Assembly: GCA_002269645.1 (NCBI GenBank) | Contig: NIVC01002358.1 | Location: forward strand, 1-64,000 | Source: Macrostomum lignano | Taxonomy: Eukaryota | Direction of reading: 5' to 3' | Length of the DNA: 64,000 bases | Part shown: one piece after another, positions 17,901 through 30,815 of the stretch | How positions within the stretch are numbered: position 1 is the first letter of the stretch | Layout of the letters: every line of letters starts with the position of its first letter | Notes under the pieces: generated by a model | Told to the model about the DNA's origin: nothing | Database searches by the model: none | Seen by the model: the letters and a program-made list of their open reading frames with translations, nothing else | Program-made: the position numbers and the translations under genes

Positions 17901-20900
17901 GACGATGACGCATCAGACACAGAAACAGCGATCAGAGACGGTGACGCATCAGACACAGAAACAGAGATCGGAGACGGTGACGCATCAGATACAGAAACAG
18001 AGATCAGAGACGGTGACGCATCAGACACAGAAACAGAGATCGGAGACGGTGACGCATCAGACACAGAAACAGAGATCAGAGACGGTGACGCATCAGACAC
18101 AGAAACAGAGATCGGAGACGGTGACGCATCAGACACAGAAACAGAGATCAGAGACGGTGACGCATCAGACACAGAAACAGAGATCAGAGACGGTGACGCA
18201 TCAGACACAGAAACAGAGATCGGAGACGATGACGCATCAGACACAGAAACAGCGATCAGAGACGGTGACGCATCAGACACAGAAACAGAGATCGGAGACG
18301 GTGACGCATCAGATACAGAAACAGAGATCAGAGACGGTGACGCATCAGACACAGAAACAGAGATCGGAGACGGTGATGCATCAGACACAGAAACAGAGAT
18401 CAGAGACGGTGACGCATCAGACACAGAAACAGAGATCGGAGACGGTGACGCATCAGACACAGAAACAGAGATCAGAGACGGTGACGCATCAGACACAGAA
18501 ACAGAGATCGGAGACGATGACGCATCAGACACAGAAACAGCGATCGGAGACTGTGGCCCGCAGAAAGCATATGCTAACCTGGAAAAGCTCTCCATTGCTA
18601 ATATAGCCGTCTTTGTCCATATCGTAGATGCGGAAGGCAAATCTCAGCTTGGAGTCTTTGTCGCCTCGAACGGAGAACTGCGACATGCCTGAAATTTTTG
18701 AGTGGGTCGGGGCGGAGGTGCTCAGCTGATGAATTGTTTGCAGGTGCAGATGGGTTTGGAGATGACGGCAAAGGATATACAGCAAGCCAAACCCCTAGAG
18801 TTCGTCGAGGCTGCAATCAGAGCCGCTAAAACCCTGAATCGCTTGCTGTGGGATAAATAAAAAATCCTGGCTTAGGGTAACAGGCGGTAGATGGCGATGA
18901 AAAGGGGAATTGAGTGGCTTGCTAAGGGTTGGTGGCGGGGAGAAGCGCCAAGTTCTACTCCTTGGGGGATTGGATTCTCCTGTCCCCAACTTCAAGCCGA
19001 GGCCTGTCCTTTAAATTTCTCCTCGCGTAGCTCCTCTGTCTCCGGAGACGATGCGGGAGTTGTTGGGAGAAAAGGGGAAGCGCGCTAGTGCCGGGCCAAT
19101 TAGTGGGGCATATACTCGCGTTCTGCGCTGGGATGGGGAAAAGGCGAGCTGAACAGAGAAGGCACGGGCGCTGTCGTGAGACCGGAGACTGGACTGGTCA
19201 CCGCCCGTCCACCTCTCACCCCCACCTGGGCAATAAAAACTGCAATTAACACAGGTGTGGCCGAACCTACCTGTGCGCCAGTCCTCACCTGACTGCGGAT
19301 CGTTAAACTCCCCCTCCCTTAGAAGCTTGAACCCCTCCCAGTCTTCAGGGAAGATAAGGCCCGGCGGCCGCTATTCAAGTCGCCCACCCGTAGCCAAATC
19401 TGAGCACTGGTCACGCACAGGATGCACTACAATCTTCCATGATTCATTTGAATCAATAAAACCCACATTGTCACAAATCAGATATGTACATTCTGTCTGT
19501 GTCTTGGGGTCTGATCCTCATGGGTGTGCATGAATTGAACGACAATCCAATGTACGGAATCGAATCAGGAGTCGTGGTCGTTGAGCTGCTCTGCCTCTTA
19601 TCGCTTCGCTACTCAACATCCCTTCAAAATAAGTCTTAGCAGCCCTCAAAAAGCTGTTTTTCAAGTCCAGCAAAGAAGCTCAATTAAACTACGTCTCGTA
19701 GTCGGATGAAGTTTCTGTTGATTTAGCTGTGGCATTAACACTTCTCTAGTGGACCATAAACTTTCATTGAAACCTTCAAACATTTGCCAGCAGGGTATTT
19801 GCCAATTTGCTCTGTCATGATTAAACAGACCGGTGCAGTCTGATTCGGCTTCTAGCAAACACAAGCATCGTTTGAGTCCCATCCCGAGCTAAAAAAGCTT
19901 TCTTGCGAAGGAAAAAGAGCCAGGACCGAGTCTTCAGTGATGCGACAGAGCAAATACTCGTACGACGGTGGGAGTAAATAATGTTTTTAAAAAGCAAAGC
20001 ACAGCAAGGCATAGCCAGGATTCGGAGATGGCTCGTATCTGCCACCACAAGCACGCAAGTCCGAAATTCAAAAGCACAAAATTGATAATACAAAACACAC
20101 GCCTGCGTTAACTCCTATAAGTAACTCCTTTTTATGACGAGCTACTTCGGAATGAAATTCCAATCGGTTGGAAGTGCGAGAGGGGGAATCTTTGAAAACA
20201 AAGATTCCAGAGTCTGAAGGGTTAGTAAAAGGAAAAAAGGGATTACCGAATAATCAAAGCAAAACTCATTCGATAGAATTAAGAGATTGACTGCTAGCGA
20301 CCTCTCTGCCCGCCACTTTCTCTGAATTTTTATAGCTATTGCCTTCCATTATCTCACCAATCTATCTTTTCCTACCTATGAGCTCGCTCTCTCCTCTCCT
20401 TTCTCTCCTCTCTCCTCTCCCCTCTCCCCCTCCTCTTCCCTCTCCCTTCTCTCCTTTTCCCTGTTTCAATTCTGCCTTCTTTTATGTACGTTTGCTTGTT
20501 GAGAGCTTGTAGTTTCAATTTTAGTCCTATAGACTTCACTTCATTTTCCAGCCTCCTTAAATCCCCAGTCTCCAATTACTCCTCTTTCTCTCTCTCTTAG
20601 CTCGTATAGAGACAACTTGGACAGAAGCAATGCATTAGCAAGAAACCCGAGGAGCGAAAAAACAAAAACTCAGAAAAATCGCCGCCGAACATTTTCGTTT
20701 CCTTCTGAACGAAAAACTAAGCAGAGTGAAATCTAACGCCAGCTCCACCTCTTCTCAGCCTTCGTCAGTTTCCCAGACCCCGCCCTCCGCATCCAACTCG
20801 ATCAGTCTTAGGCTGTTTAATTAACCTCCTGCAAAAGAGACAGTTAAAGGAAATAGGAGGCCCAGCTCCTATTCAGCTGGTCTCAAGAATCCCCAGAGCC

Positions 20901-23900
20901 TCAATACTGAAGCTGACAAAGCACTTCAGGGCTGAGCATCGCGACTGGGCAGCCAAAGTCCCGGCACTAAAAGACAAAGTAGACTCTCCGCAGTCCGCAG
21001 AAGATGAAGTGCGAGAGAAAGACGGAAATGAAAAATGAGAGAGGATTGAGAATGTGCTGGGATTTAAGATGGCCGGTCAGGAAACTCTTCTAGGAGCAGG
21101 CAAAAGCAGTGCTGCTGCTAATCCCGTCCTGAAACTTTTGCCGCCCTCGATGGCATAACGGGAAGTGACAGGCTCGATTCGACTGCACGCGTCTGTCCAG
21201 TGGGAATTATGCTAATTTCTATTCGGCACCCTAATTGCTTGTCCAGTGTCCGAAAGTGTCTGACTCGATGGGTTCCTTGATGGCTTATCTAATGAAACAC
21301 TGAACTTTGAAGCCGTGTGGGTGCTTACTGGTCAGCAAGAATGATCAGCAAGATTCGCGACCACGAGAGCCAATCCCGAAAAGCACAGAAAGAGCTACAC
21401 CCTGTGTGAGCGAGTGTTTATCTGTCAAAGGTTGGGCATGACTCAAGCCTCAGCTGTGACTTCATCGGGCATCTCACAGCATCAGCAGCTACTTGTCATT
21501 TAATGCAAAGCTAACCTTTGAGGCAGAGCAGCTCAGCAATAAACGCATCTGACTTTCGCGTCACGACCCTTGGTTCGATTCCGTGCGTGGCCGCATTCAT
21601 TTGGGGCTCGTGCGCGGAGATTGGCTGAGGCAGGGGCTTTGCCACCGGGGGGGGGGGCAGGGGGGACATGCCCCCCAGTAAAATCTATTGGGGGACATGC
21701 CAATGCTATGTCCCCCACCCCCACCTTGTTACCTGTTATGGAAATAAAAAATTGCCTTAGGGCGACAAAATGAGTGCCTGTGGCGCTAAAATGAGTGCCA
21801 GTGGCGCTAAAATGAGTGCCAGCGGCGCTAAAATGACTGCCTGCGGCGCCAAAATGACTGCCTGCGGCGCTAAAATGACTGCCTGCGGCGCTAAAATGAC
21901 TGCCTGCGGCGCTAAAATGACTGCCTGCGGCGCTAAAATGACTGCCTGCGGCGCTAAAATGAGTGCCTGCGGCGCTAAAATGAGTGCCTGCGGTGCTAAA
22001 ATGACTGCCTGCGGCGCTAAAATGACTGCCTGCGGCGCTAAAATGACTGCCTGCGGCGCTAAAATGACTGCCTGCGGCGCTAAAATGACTGCCTGCGGCG
22101 CTAAAATGACTGCCTGCGGCGCTAAAATGACTGCCTGCGGCGCTAAATGAGTGCCTGCGGCGCTAAAATGAGTGCCTGCGGCGCTAAAATGACTGCCTGC
22201 GGCGCTAAAATGACTGCCTGCGGCGCCAAAATGACTGCCTGCGGCGCTAAAATGACTGCCTGCGGCGCTAAAATGACTGCCTGCGGCGCTAAAATGACTG
22301 CCTGCGGCGCTAAAATGACTGCCTGCGGCGCTAAAATGACTGCCTGCGGCGCTAAAATGAGTGCCTGCGGCGCTAAAATGACTGCCTGCGGCGCTAAAAT
22401 GACTGCCTGCGGCGCTAAAATGACTGCCTGCGGCGCCAAAATGACTGCCTGCGGCGCTAAAATGACTGCCTGCGGCGCTAAAATGACTGCCTGCGGCGCT
22501 AAAATGACTGCCTGCGGCGCTAAAATGACTGCCTGCGGCGCTAAAATGAGTGCCTGCGGCGCTAAAATGAGTGCCTGCGGCGCTAAAATGACTGCCTGCG
22601 GCGCCAAAATGACTGCCTGCGGCGCTAAAATGACTGCCTGCGGCGCTAAAATGACTGCCTGCGGCGCTAAAATGACTGCCTGTGGCGCTAAAATGACTGC
22701 CTGCGGCGCTAAAATGACTGCCTGCGGCGCTAAAATGAGTGCCTGCGGCGCTAAAATGACTGCCTGCGGCGCTAAAATGACTGCCTGCGGCGCTAAATGA
22801 CTGCCTGCGGCGCTAAAATGACTGCCTGCGGCGCTAAAATGACTGCCTGCGGCGCTAAAATGAGTGCTTGCGGCGCTAAAATGAGTGCCAGCGGCGCTAA
22901 AATGAGTGCCAGCGGCGCTAAAATGAGTGCCTGCGGCGCTAAAATGAGTGCCTGCGGCGCTAAAATGAGTGCCTGCGGCGCTAAATGAGTGCCTGCGGCG
23001 CTAAAATGACTGCCTGCGGCGCTAAAATGACTGCCTGCGGCGCTAAAATGACTGCCTGCGGCGCTAAAATGACTGCCTGCGGCGCTAAAATGACTGCCTG
23101 CGGCGCTAAAAAGACTGCCTGCGGCGCTAAATGACTGCCTGCGGCGCTAAAATGACTGCCTGCGGCGCTAAAATGACTGCCTGCGGCGCTAAAATGAGTG
23201 CCTGTGGCGCTAAAATGAGTGCCAGCGGCGCTAAAATGAGTGCCTGCGGCGCTAAAATGAGTGCCTGCGGCGCTAAAATGACTGCCTGCGGCGCTAAATG
23301 ACTGCCTGCGGCGCTAAAATGACTGCCTGCGGCGCTAAAATGACTGCCTGCGGCGCTAAAATGAGTGCCTGTGGCGCTAAAATGAGTGCCAGCGGCGCTA
23401 AAATGAGTGCCTGCGGCGCTAAAATGAGTGCCTGCGGCGCTAAAATGACTGCCTGCGGCGCTAAAATGAGTGCCTGCGGCGCTAAAATGAGTGCCTGCGG
23501 CGCTAAAATGAGTGCCTGCGGCGCTAAAATGAGTGCCTGCGGCGCTAAAATGAGTGCCTGCGGCGCTAAAATGAGTGCCTGCGGCGCTAAATGAGTGCCT
23601 GCGGCGCTAAAATGACTGCCTGCGGCGCTAAAATGACTGCCTGCGGCGCTAAAATGACTGCCTGCGGCGCTAAAATGACTGCCTGCGGCGCTAAAATGAC
23701 TGCCTGCGGCGCTAAAATGACCGCCTGCGGCGCTAAAATGAGTGCTTGCGGCGCTAAAATGAGTGCCAGCGGCGCTAAAATGAGTGCCAGCGGCGCTAAA
23801 ATGAGTGCCTGCGGCGCTAAAATGAGTGCCTGCGGCGCTAAAATGAGTGCCTGCGGCGCTAAATGAGTGCCTGCGGCGCTAAAATGACTGCCTGCGGCGC

Positions 23901-25138
23901 TAAAATGACTGCCTGCGGCGCTAAAATGACTGCCTGCGGCGCTAAAATGAGTGCTTGCGGCGCTAAAATGAGTGCCAGCGGCGCTAAAATGAGTGCCTGC
24001 GGCGCTAAAATGAGTGCCTGCGGCGCTAAATGAGTGCCTGCGGCGCTAAAATGAGTGCCTGCGGTGCTAAAATGAGGCCTGCGGCGCTAAATGACTGCCT
24101 GCGGCGCTAAAATGACTGCCTGCGGCGCTAAAATGAGTGCCTGTGGCGCTAAAATGAGTGCCAGCGGCGCTAAAATGAGTGCCTGCGGCGCTAAAATGAG
24201 TGCCTGCGGCGCTAAAATGACTGCCTGCGGCGCTAAAATGACTGCCTGCGGCGCTAAAATGACTGCCTGCGGCGCTAAAATGACTGCCTGCGGCGCTAAA
24301 ATGACTGCCTGCGGCGCTAAAATGACTGCCTGCGGCGCTAAAATGACTGCCTGCGGCGCTAAAATGACTGCCTGCGGCGCTAAAATGACTGCCTGCGGCG
24401 CTAAAATGAGTGCCTGCGGCGCTAAAATGAGTGCCTGCGGCGCTAAAATGACTGCCTGCGGCGCTAAAATGAGTGCCTGCGGCGCTAAAATGACTGCCTG
24501 CGGCGCTAAAATGACTGCCTGCGGCGCTAAAATGAGTGCTTGCGGCGCTAAAATGAGTGCCAGCGGCGCTAAAATGAGTGCCTGCGGCGCTAAAATGAGT
24601 GCCTGCGGCGCTAAATGAGTGCCTGCGGCGCTAAAATGAGTGCCTGCGGTGCTAAAATGAGGCCTGCGGCGCTAAATGACTGCCTGCGGCGCTAAAATGA
24701 CTGCCTGCGGCGCTAAAATGACTGCCTGCGGCGCTAAAATAAGCGCTGACAACACCGATTCTGAGAATAATGTCATGTAGGAATTTAGTCATGTACATAT
24801 GTAGAGTTGCCGTCAGCGCTGGTTGCGGGACGATGTCGCTGAAGACGTTGCGCCAGGATGCGCAGAGCCCTACTGCAGCTATTCTTCTTCTTATTGTTAT
24901 TAAGCTTACCTTCAATGAACTCCTTGAAGTCCACCTCGCCGTTCTGGTCAGTGTCGAAGATGTCGATGACGCGCTGCACCAGCGGGTTCTGCTGCAGCTC
25001 GGGCAGGCGCAGGAATTCGTCGACGCTGAGCGCTCCGCTGCCGTCCAGGTCGATCTTCTTGAATCGCTTGCCTAGTCGGCGAATCTCCTCGGTGTCGAAG
25101 TGAGCGCACAGCTCCGGCAGAGACACTTCGTTTCCCAT
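14942..25138 (-). CDS. PPP3R1: Calcineurin regulatory subunit B, 169 aa, 3 exons (25138-24910, 18688-18579, 15112-14942)
   Basis: MGNEVSL...[22 protein letters not shown]...[27 protein letters not shown]|[36 protein letters not shown]|[24 protein letters not shown]...; four EF hands, N-myristoylation Gly, canonical splice sites. Confidence 0.95.
15185..15330. repeat. Short 39-bp tandem repeat (~3.5 copies) in calcineurin B intron 2
   Basis: gcagagtgaactgcagctcagagctgctgcccaatcaca repeated. Confidence 0.85.
16605..18552. repeat. 36-bp satellite (gacggtgacgcatcagacacagaaacagagatcaga), ~2 kb, in calcineurin B intron 2
   Basis: Directly visible; it produces the spurious 590-aa and 714-aa repeat ORFs. 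Confidence 0.95.
21770..24740. repeat. 21-bp satellite (gcctgcggcgctaaaatgact/gagt), ~3 kb, in calcineurin B intron 1, embedded in a MITE-like element
   Basis: Directly visible; both flanks match the short element at 26738-27041. Confidence 0.95.
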
Positions 25139-26737
25139 CTGCGCTGCGGATTGGACGGGGTGAGATTTCAGGATGGACAGCAGATTTGGGGTTCGATAGG
25201 CATTCGGGAGCAACCTTTATTATATTCTATGGGTGCCCCCAGACAGGCCAATGGCGGAGAAATATTGGTTCAGCTACGACAGCCAATGGGCGTTGATAAC
25301 TTGATATAGCTCTAAAAGCTTGTGCCTAAAAATTTGGCTTGAAATATTTGAGCTTTAAAGACTGTTAGGACCTATAGTAACTAGTGAATAAAAGCTGAAA
25401 TTTCACATGGAAATGCAATTTCACTTATAAAAACTAAATTATAATTTTTTTGTAGAAATTAATATACTTACAATATACGAGCGTAGCTTATATTTAATTT
25501 ACTTTTTATTTTAATATGATTTCACTAGAATTTAAATTTGAAAAAGTCTTTCTTAGCTGCTGTCAGTTTCTCAGTATTTTACTAATCATAACGTTTCATA
25601 GTTAAAGATTGTAGAGCTAATGTGCAAATCGAAAAAATGTATGCAGTAGGATTATTTTATATGATATCACTATTAAATAGTTGATAACTCTTCTAGCAAT
25701 TTCTAGATTAAAATCCTAATTTTAGCATTTAAATATGCCAATATCTTAATGAGATTTTTTCTTTTTGAGAATATGTAAAGCATGATGAAGTAAATGATAA
25801 ATGGACCATTAATTAAAAAATGGGGCAGGATCAAATGGAATAATCTGAATGCACATTCTGCTTCTTTTGGGCCATCAGAATAATGACTAAATCAAATTTA
25901 TTGTTTTTTTAACACTTGTACTGCCACATACAGTATTCAATTGTGTATTCTACATAAAAAAACAAAAAATAGCTTTTTTTATAAATGATTCTTGTAGCGT
26001 GTATTTAGAATATTTTAATTACTATTTTCATTATATTTTTATTTACGATTTATTTTTTACTCTTACTACTTACTATTTGATATCAATATATTACAATTGA
26101 TTAAACTCCAATTTGTATATTTTTGATATTTTTTATCTATATATAAGATGAATATTTTAGGTAGTGCTAGGATAGTCTTCGACAAAATAATTTTTTAATC
26201 GGAAAGGTAATTACGACAAAAGGATCAGAAATGTTATTAAATTCAAGGCCATTCTTCTGAGACGTTAAATTACTATTAAGCTAAAAACTACTTGATGTGG
26301 AGGACGGGTCCAGTCAGACGACTCGTAGAAATTCAAACGCGAAAATAGATATTCTGAGAAACACAAAATAACATATTATCACGCGCACATTAACAAAAAA
26401 GCTACTTTACTTAAATCATTATAAAGAAATCTTATGTTAGAAAGAATTTAAAGTATACTAGATGTTTTGATAATTCTATAAAAAATATTATTTCTATTTA
26501 CGTTTCTGTGGATTAAATCCGAAAATTTTGCCTTGCAAACTCTAGAGCTGATTTATTGTGCAATTTTGAGAAATTTAGTTGAATATACGAACGCATACCG
26601 TATAAAATATTGCGTATTGGGAATGTAATGCCAAGAAAAAATATCTATTTATTTATATTTACATTTCGAATTACCTTTTTGCCCTTACCAATTTCGAGTT
26701 GTAAAGAAATGTAGATTTTTTATATTCTGGCAGTAGG

Positions 26738-27041
26738 CAGGCGCGTCGCCACCGGGGGAGGACAGGGGGACATGTCCCCCCTCAGTAAAAGCTCGGGGGG
26801 CATGCCAATGCTTTGTCCCCCCACCCCACCTTGTGAGTCGTTGTGGCAATCAATAGTTTTTCTTCAGGGCGCCAAAATTTGGCGCCTTCCAAAAGGAATG
26901 CTCGCGGCGCCAAAATGAGTACCTGTGGCGCCAAAATGAGTGCCTGAGGCGCCAAAATAGTGCCAAATTCAGTCATGTACATGTAAATGTTGAATTCTTG
27001 GCTTTGTCCTCCCCACCATAAAATCCATGGCGATGCCCCTG
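26738..27041. mobile_element. Non-autonomous MITE-like element with imperfect 14-bp TIRs
   Basis: 5' CAGGCGCGTCGCCA versus 3' reverse complement CAGGGGCATCGCCA; internal gggggacatgtccccc palindrome; a related copy starts at ~21630. No clear TSD. Confidence 0.55.
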
Positions 27042-28658
27042 CTTGGCAGGAATTATCGATAATATGCATATCAGCAGGACAACTGATATACTGAATTAAG
27101 TTCTCTCTGAAACATTGCTTGTATAATACTAGTAAAGTAGTCGTCTGCCAACACAAGCGGAGCACATCGTTTCGCACTCTATACATGTAGTTAAGGTTCT
27201 GATTTTAAATATAAAGTATATACTTTTAGTATTCGAGTTACAGTGCAAAGATTAGTTGAATATACGAGCGCATACCGATGAATTTGGAGGTGGAGATCTG
27301 CAGCATCATGCAGTCAGGATTTTTAATATGGGGAGGCGCATGTCATACCATGCATCCCTGGGCATCACTTTCTGCTCTCAATTTATGATTTTAGCGCTCA
27401 ACTTTTTATTGGTTTTAGTGCACCGGTGGATTGGAGGGATGATGATAGTTGTAGCTGCGAGTATTGGGATTGGGGGATCGAGAAAGACCGCCTGTTCTAA
27501 AAGGTTACTGATGATTGATCATTATCATTTGCAGACATGCCGCATAAGTTTGCTACTTGGCTCAAATATAAAACACACAAGTTTTTTAAACACAAGTTTA
27601 ATAGTAGAGAAGTTAAAGAGGTGATGGTAAAATCTTTACAGATCAGACGACAGATGCTAGTGTAACTAAAGTAACGCTGCTCGTCGTGTTTCCTATAGCG
27701 AGACAGATAGTTTAGCGGATAGTTTACAGACAGTACAGACGCGCAGACAGTTTGCGAGTCTCAGACACCGAGATCGATGCAGTGAAGAATCAAAAGTGAA
27801 ATCCGCCAGACGGCTGGGGAGCACACGAATATACTTCTGGTGTCGGCGGCGCGGTGGCGGGCGTGGCGGCGAACCCTGGCGATTGATGAAGGCCGGCCCT
27901 GCGCCTCGCCCAGCAGACGGTTTGGAGATCAAACGAATTCGCCGCGTCTGTTTTTAGCTGCAGCAGACCGCGTGTTGGCCATCTATTATCTAGGGAGGGA
28001 CCACCGAATGCTCGGTGGTCTGATGCACCGAATGCTGCCATCTTGCTTTTCTTTCTGCTGCTTTTTAGACACGCAGCAACTTACTTTCTCTTGTTGTCTT
28101 GTTAGATATTTAGCCACATCGAAAAATTAAACTCATATATTTGACGACATATCATTCCTTCGTACGATCGCATGAGGCTGGCATGCCGTTTTGTAATAGC
28201 TGGCTTTATAAGTTTATCGACTTAAACAAAGGAAAAATGCGACTGTCTCTCTTTAAACACGGCGTCGGCGCCATTGTCACAAGCAATCGCTAGTTGATTC
28301 AATGCGTTCTAAAAAACCAAACGCTTCAAACAAACTTTTCATAGGACGCCAGTCTTTACTTCCTGATTCAACGATAACTTCTGTGGTCACAGATCAGGCT
28401 TGCATATTAACTCTGAGGTCTTTAATTTGAAACATGATTTTTGTATTTTTTATCTCAGATTTATTTGCATAAATAAAACATTTAATTGTATTTTCCATGT
28501 CTAAAACTTAAAGTAAAGCAATTCGTATATATCAGAAAAGAAAGGTCATTCAGTACTTTCTTTGATGAAAAACTTTTTAGCTCTATTTCTTATAAATTCT
28601 AGTTGGGATGCCGTCAACGTGTTTGCATGTATATACAGCGCACGATATGCAAGTCCGG

Positions 28659-29186
28659 TTAGTAGAATCCGCCCGAGTGCATGACAGCCGACCAGTGTGC
28701 GAAAGTGCATCGATCTCCGCCATCAATCGATCTCGTCGACTGGTCTGCTGCTTGCGTAACCGGCGTCGCCGCGGCAGCAGCGGCAGCGGCGTCTGCGGCA
28801 GCCGAGACAGTCTGCTGCATGTACGCTGTCTGCGGCAGCTGCGGCGTCGGCGCCTTGGTTAGCGGCGGAGGCATCGGCGGCGGCATCAGCGTCGGCGGAG
28901 GTGGCGGTGGCGGTGGAGGGATTTTAACAGCAGCTGCAGCTGCGGCAGCGGCAGCCCAGGACGCGGTCAGGGCGGTCAGATGCGATTGGGAAGAGGCCAC
29001 CGAGTACTGCGGAGCTGGCAGGGAGGCTGCTTCAGTTTGCGGCCGTCGATTCGGGTGCGTCCAGAAGCTGGCGGGCAGGCGGCGGTCTCGCAGCGGCACT
29101 GTGATCGGGTACAGCGGGCGAACCCTGACGCGCAGCTGGCGACGTCGCTGAATTCCGCCAGAGCTCGATGACGTCGATGGGGTCGC
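28659..29186 (-). CDS. Terminal coding exon of a FAM181/PERCC1/YAP-type omega-loop protein
   Basis: VPLRDRRLPASFWTHP motif followed by poly-Ala/poly-Pro. The frame is closed upstream by a stop at ~29220, so it needs an acceptor (candidate CAG at 29189-29187); upstream exon not found. Confidence 0.55.
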   Translation of the reverse strand, partial: ATPSTSSSSGGIQRRRQLRVRVRPLYPITVPLRDRRLPASFWTHPNRRPQTEAASLPAPQYSVASSQSHLTALTASWAAAAAAAAAVKIPPPPPPPPPTLMPPPMPPPLTKAPTPQLPQTAYMQQTVSAAADAAAAAAAATPVTQAADQSTRSIDGGDRCTFAHWSAVMHSGGFY

Positions 29187-30815
29187 CTGATTGGGCGGTG
29201 AGTTGAGGTGAGGGAATTAAGCCAGATTCTTACGGCCTCCCAAAGCAAAATGCTTTGTGGCAAACAAATGGTTGTGCTCCCTTTCACAAAATTGAGCTCC
29301 TTCCTGCTTATGCCAAAATGAGCGCGAGGAGTGCTGGAAGGAATTCCAGGACAGAAGCGCCAAACAAGGGCTAAAATTACCGTGAGTGCTGCAAAACTCG
29401 TTACTATTCCGTCATTTCCCCAACCATTGCGGCGCTGTGCGGCACTGCTCTATACAGCCAGCCACCCTTGGACTGGAAAATCTGTGTGTGACTTCAAATT
29501 TGATTTTTGAAGGGCAATTTTCCAACATTTCCGTTTCTATTCCTCTATATAGACTTTCGAAGATCGCGTGAGGGTGCAGTATCTGCTTGGTTACAGGTAT
29601 GGCAGGTAATAAGCGAAAGAACTGCATGTTAATTTGTTTTGACGAATTCTAATGAGGTTTTACCGTAAACAATTTTTGTAGAAGCTAGAAATATCACAGA
29701 AATACCTACCATCACAGAAATACTGGTAGGAAAAGTTGTAATTATTTATGTTCTATTTTTAGCCAGTTAGCCCAGTTTAATAAAAACTAACAGTGATCCC
29801 TGACCAGAGGCTACGGGAGTACTGCACGCAGATTATGATTTTTGAGTCTTAGACAGTCGAGTATCTTTAGTCGCTAGGCACAGAGACATAATGGTGTTTA
29901 ATTATCAAGAGATCAACTCAACTTACCAGGACTTAACTTTAGATAAGTTTTTTTTTGAAATTGGGCAAAAAATCTCAGCCAAACGCCGACGGGGCGAGCT
30001 GTGAAACCCGATCGACTGACTGACAGGCTTACAGCGGATCCGCAATGCCAGTTGAGACGAAAAAACGACCGGCTTGTGTCAGTTCTGCTTCCCGAAAAAT
30101 TCCATGGTGTCGGCTTTTTCTCCCCAAAGCCCCTATTGAAGGCCAGGCCATGCAGTCCCGCCCAGTCCCATACAAGCCGCTGATTGGTAGTCGCAGAGGC
30201 CTCCAGCTCAATGCCGGGGATGCCTTTGACGGTACACTTGGACACTTGGTAGCGAAGGGCGAAGTTGGTTGAACCAGCCAGCGCGCAGTCGGTGGAGGCA
30301 ACAGTTGGCTCCCTCACGCCCCCCGCCTCTCCTGGAAGGAATCCCTTGGCCTGACTGGCAAATACCAGTGCATAATTTTTGTCTTCCAGGCCATGCCGCC
30401 CAATCCAGCGCCCGGGGAATTCAAGGACTGCTGACGAAAGAAAGTCGCTGACGCAGTTCTGACTTGTTCCTTTACTTCGCGGAAAAAATTCCCGGGCGAT
30501 CCTCCTCTTGCTTTAAGAGGCCACGTGCTGCAATTTCTGCCGCAGGGAAATAAATGCCTTGCAGCACTCACTTCATATGCCCTTTCTCCGGCGGCTTGAA
30601 CAGAAGCTGCATGCCATTTCGGCAATTGGGGCGAAGGAGAATTTCTGTCGTGCCAGGAATTCCTAAAATATCTGCAATGCTTTGCCACCGTTTTTTCCAT
30701 TTCCTGGTAGCATTTTCTCTCACCTCAATCCGCTTGACTTGGTGAAGAAATAGTGAGAGAGTGAGTTTAAAAGAACTTATTCATGCAGGTTTATTTACCA
30801 TTAATGCTATTTGGT

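Noticed and set aside
16496-18692. 590-aa Asp/Thr-rich ORF (+) and 714-aa Ser-rich ORF (-) resembling adhesin repeats
   Set aside because: They are translations of a 36-bp intronic satellite whose unit is a multiple of 3 with no stop codon; the array lies in calcineurin B intron 2.
18780-21300. Possible retroelement remnants in calcineurin B intron 1
   Set aside because: No RT, endonuclease, gag or integrase motif could be recognised in any frame.
21770-24740. MTACGAK repeat ORFs
   Set aside because: Translations of a 21-bp satellite, broken by frequent 1-bp indels.
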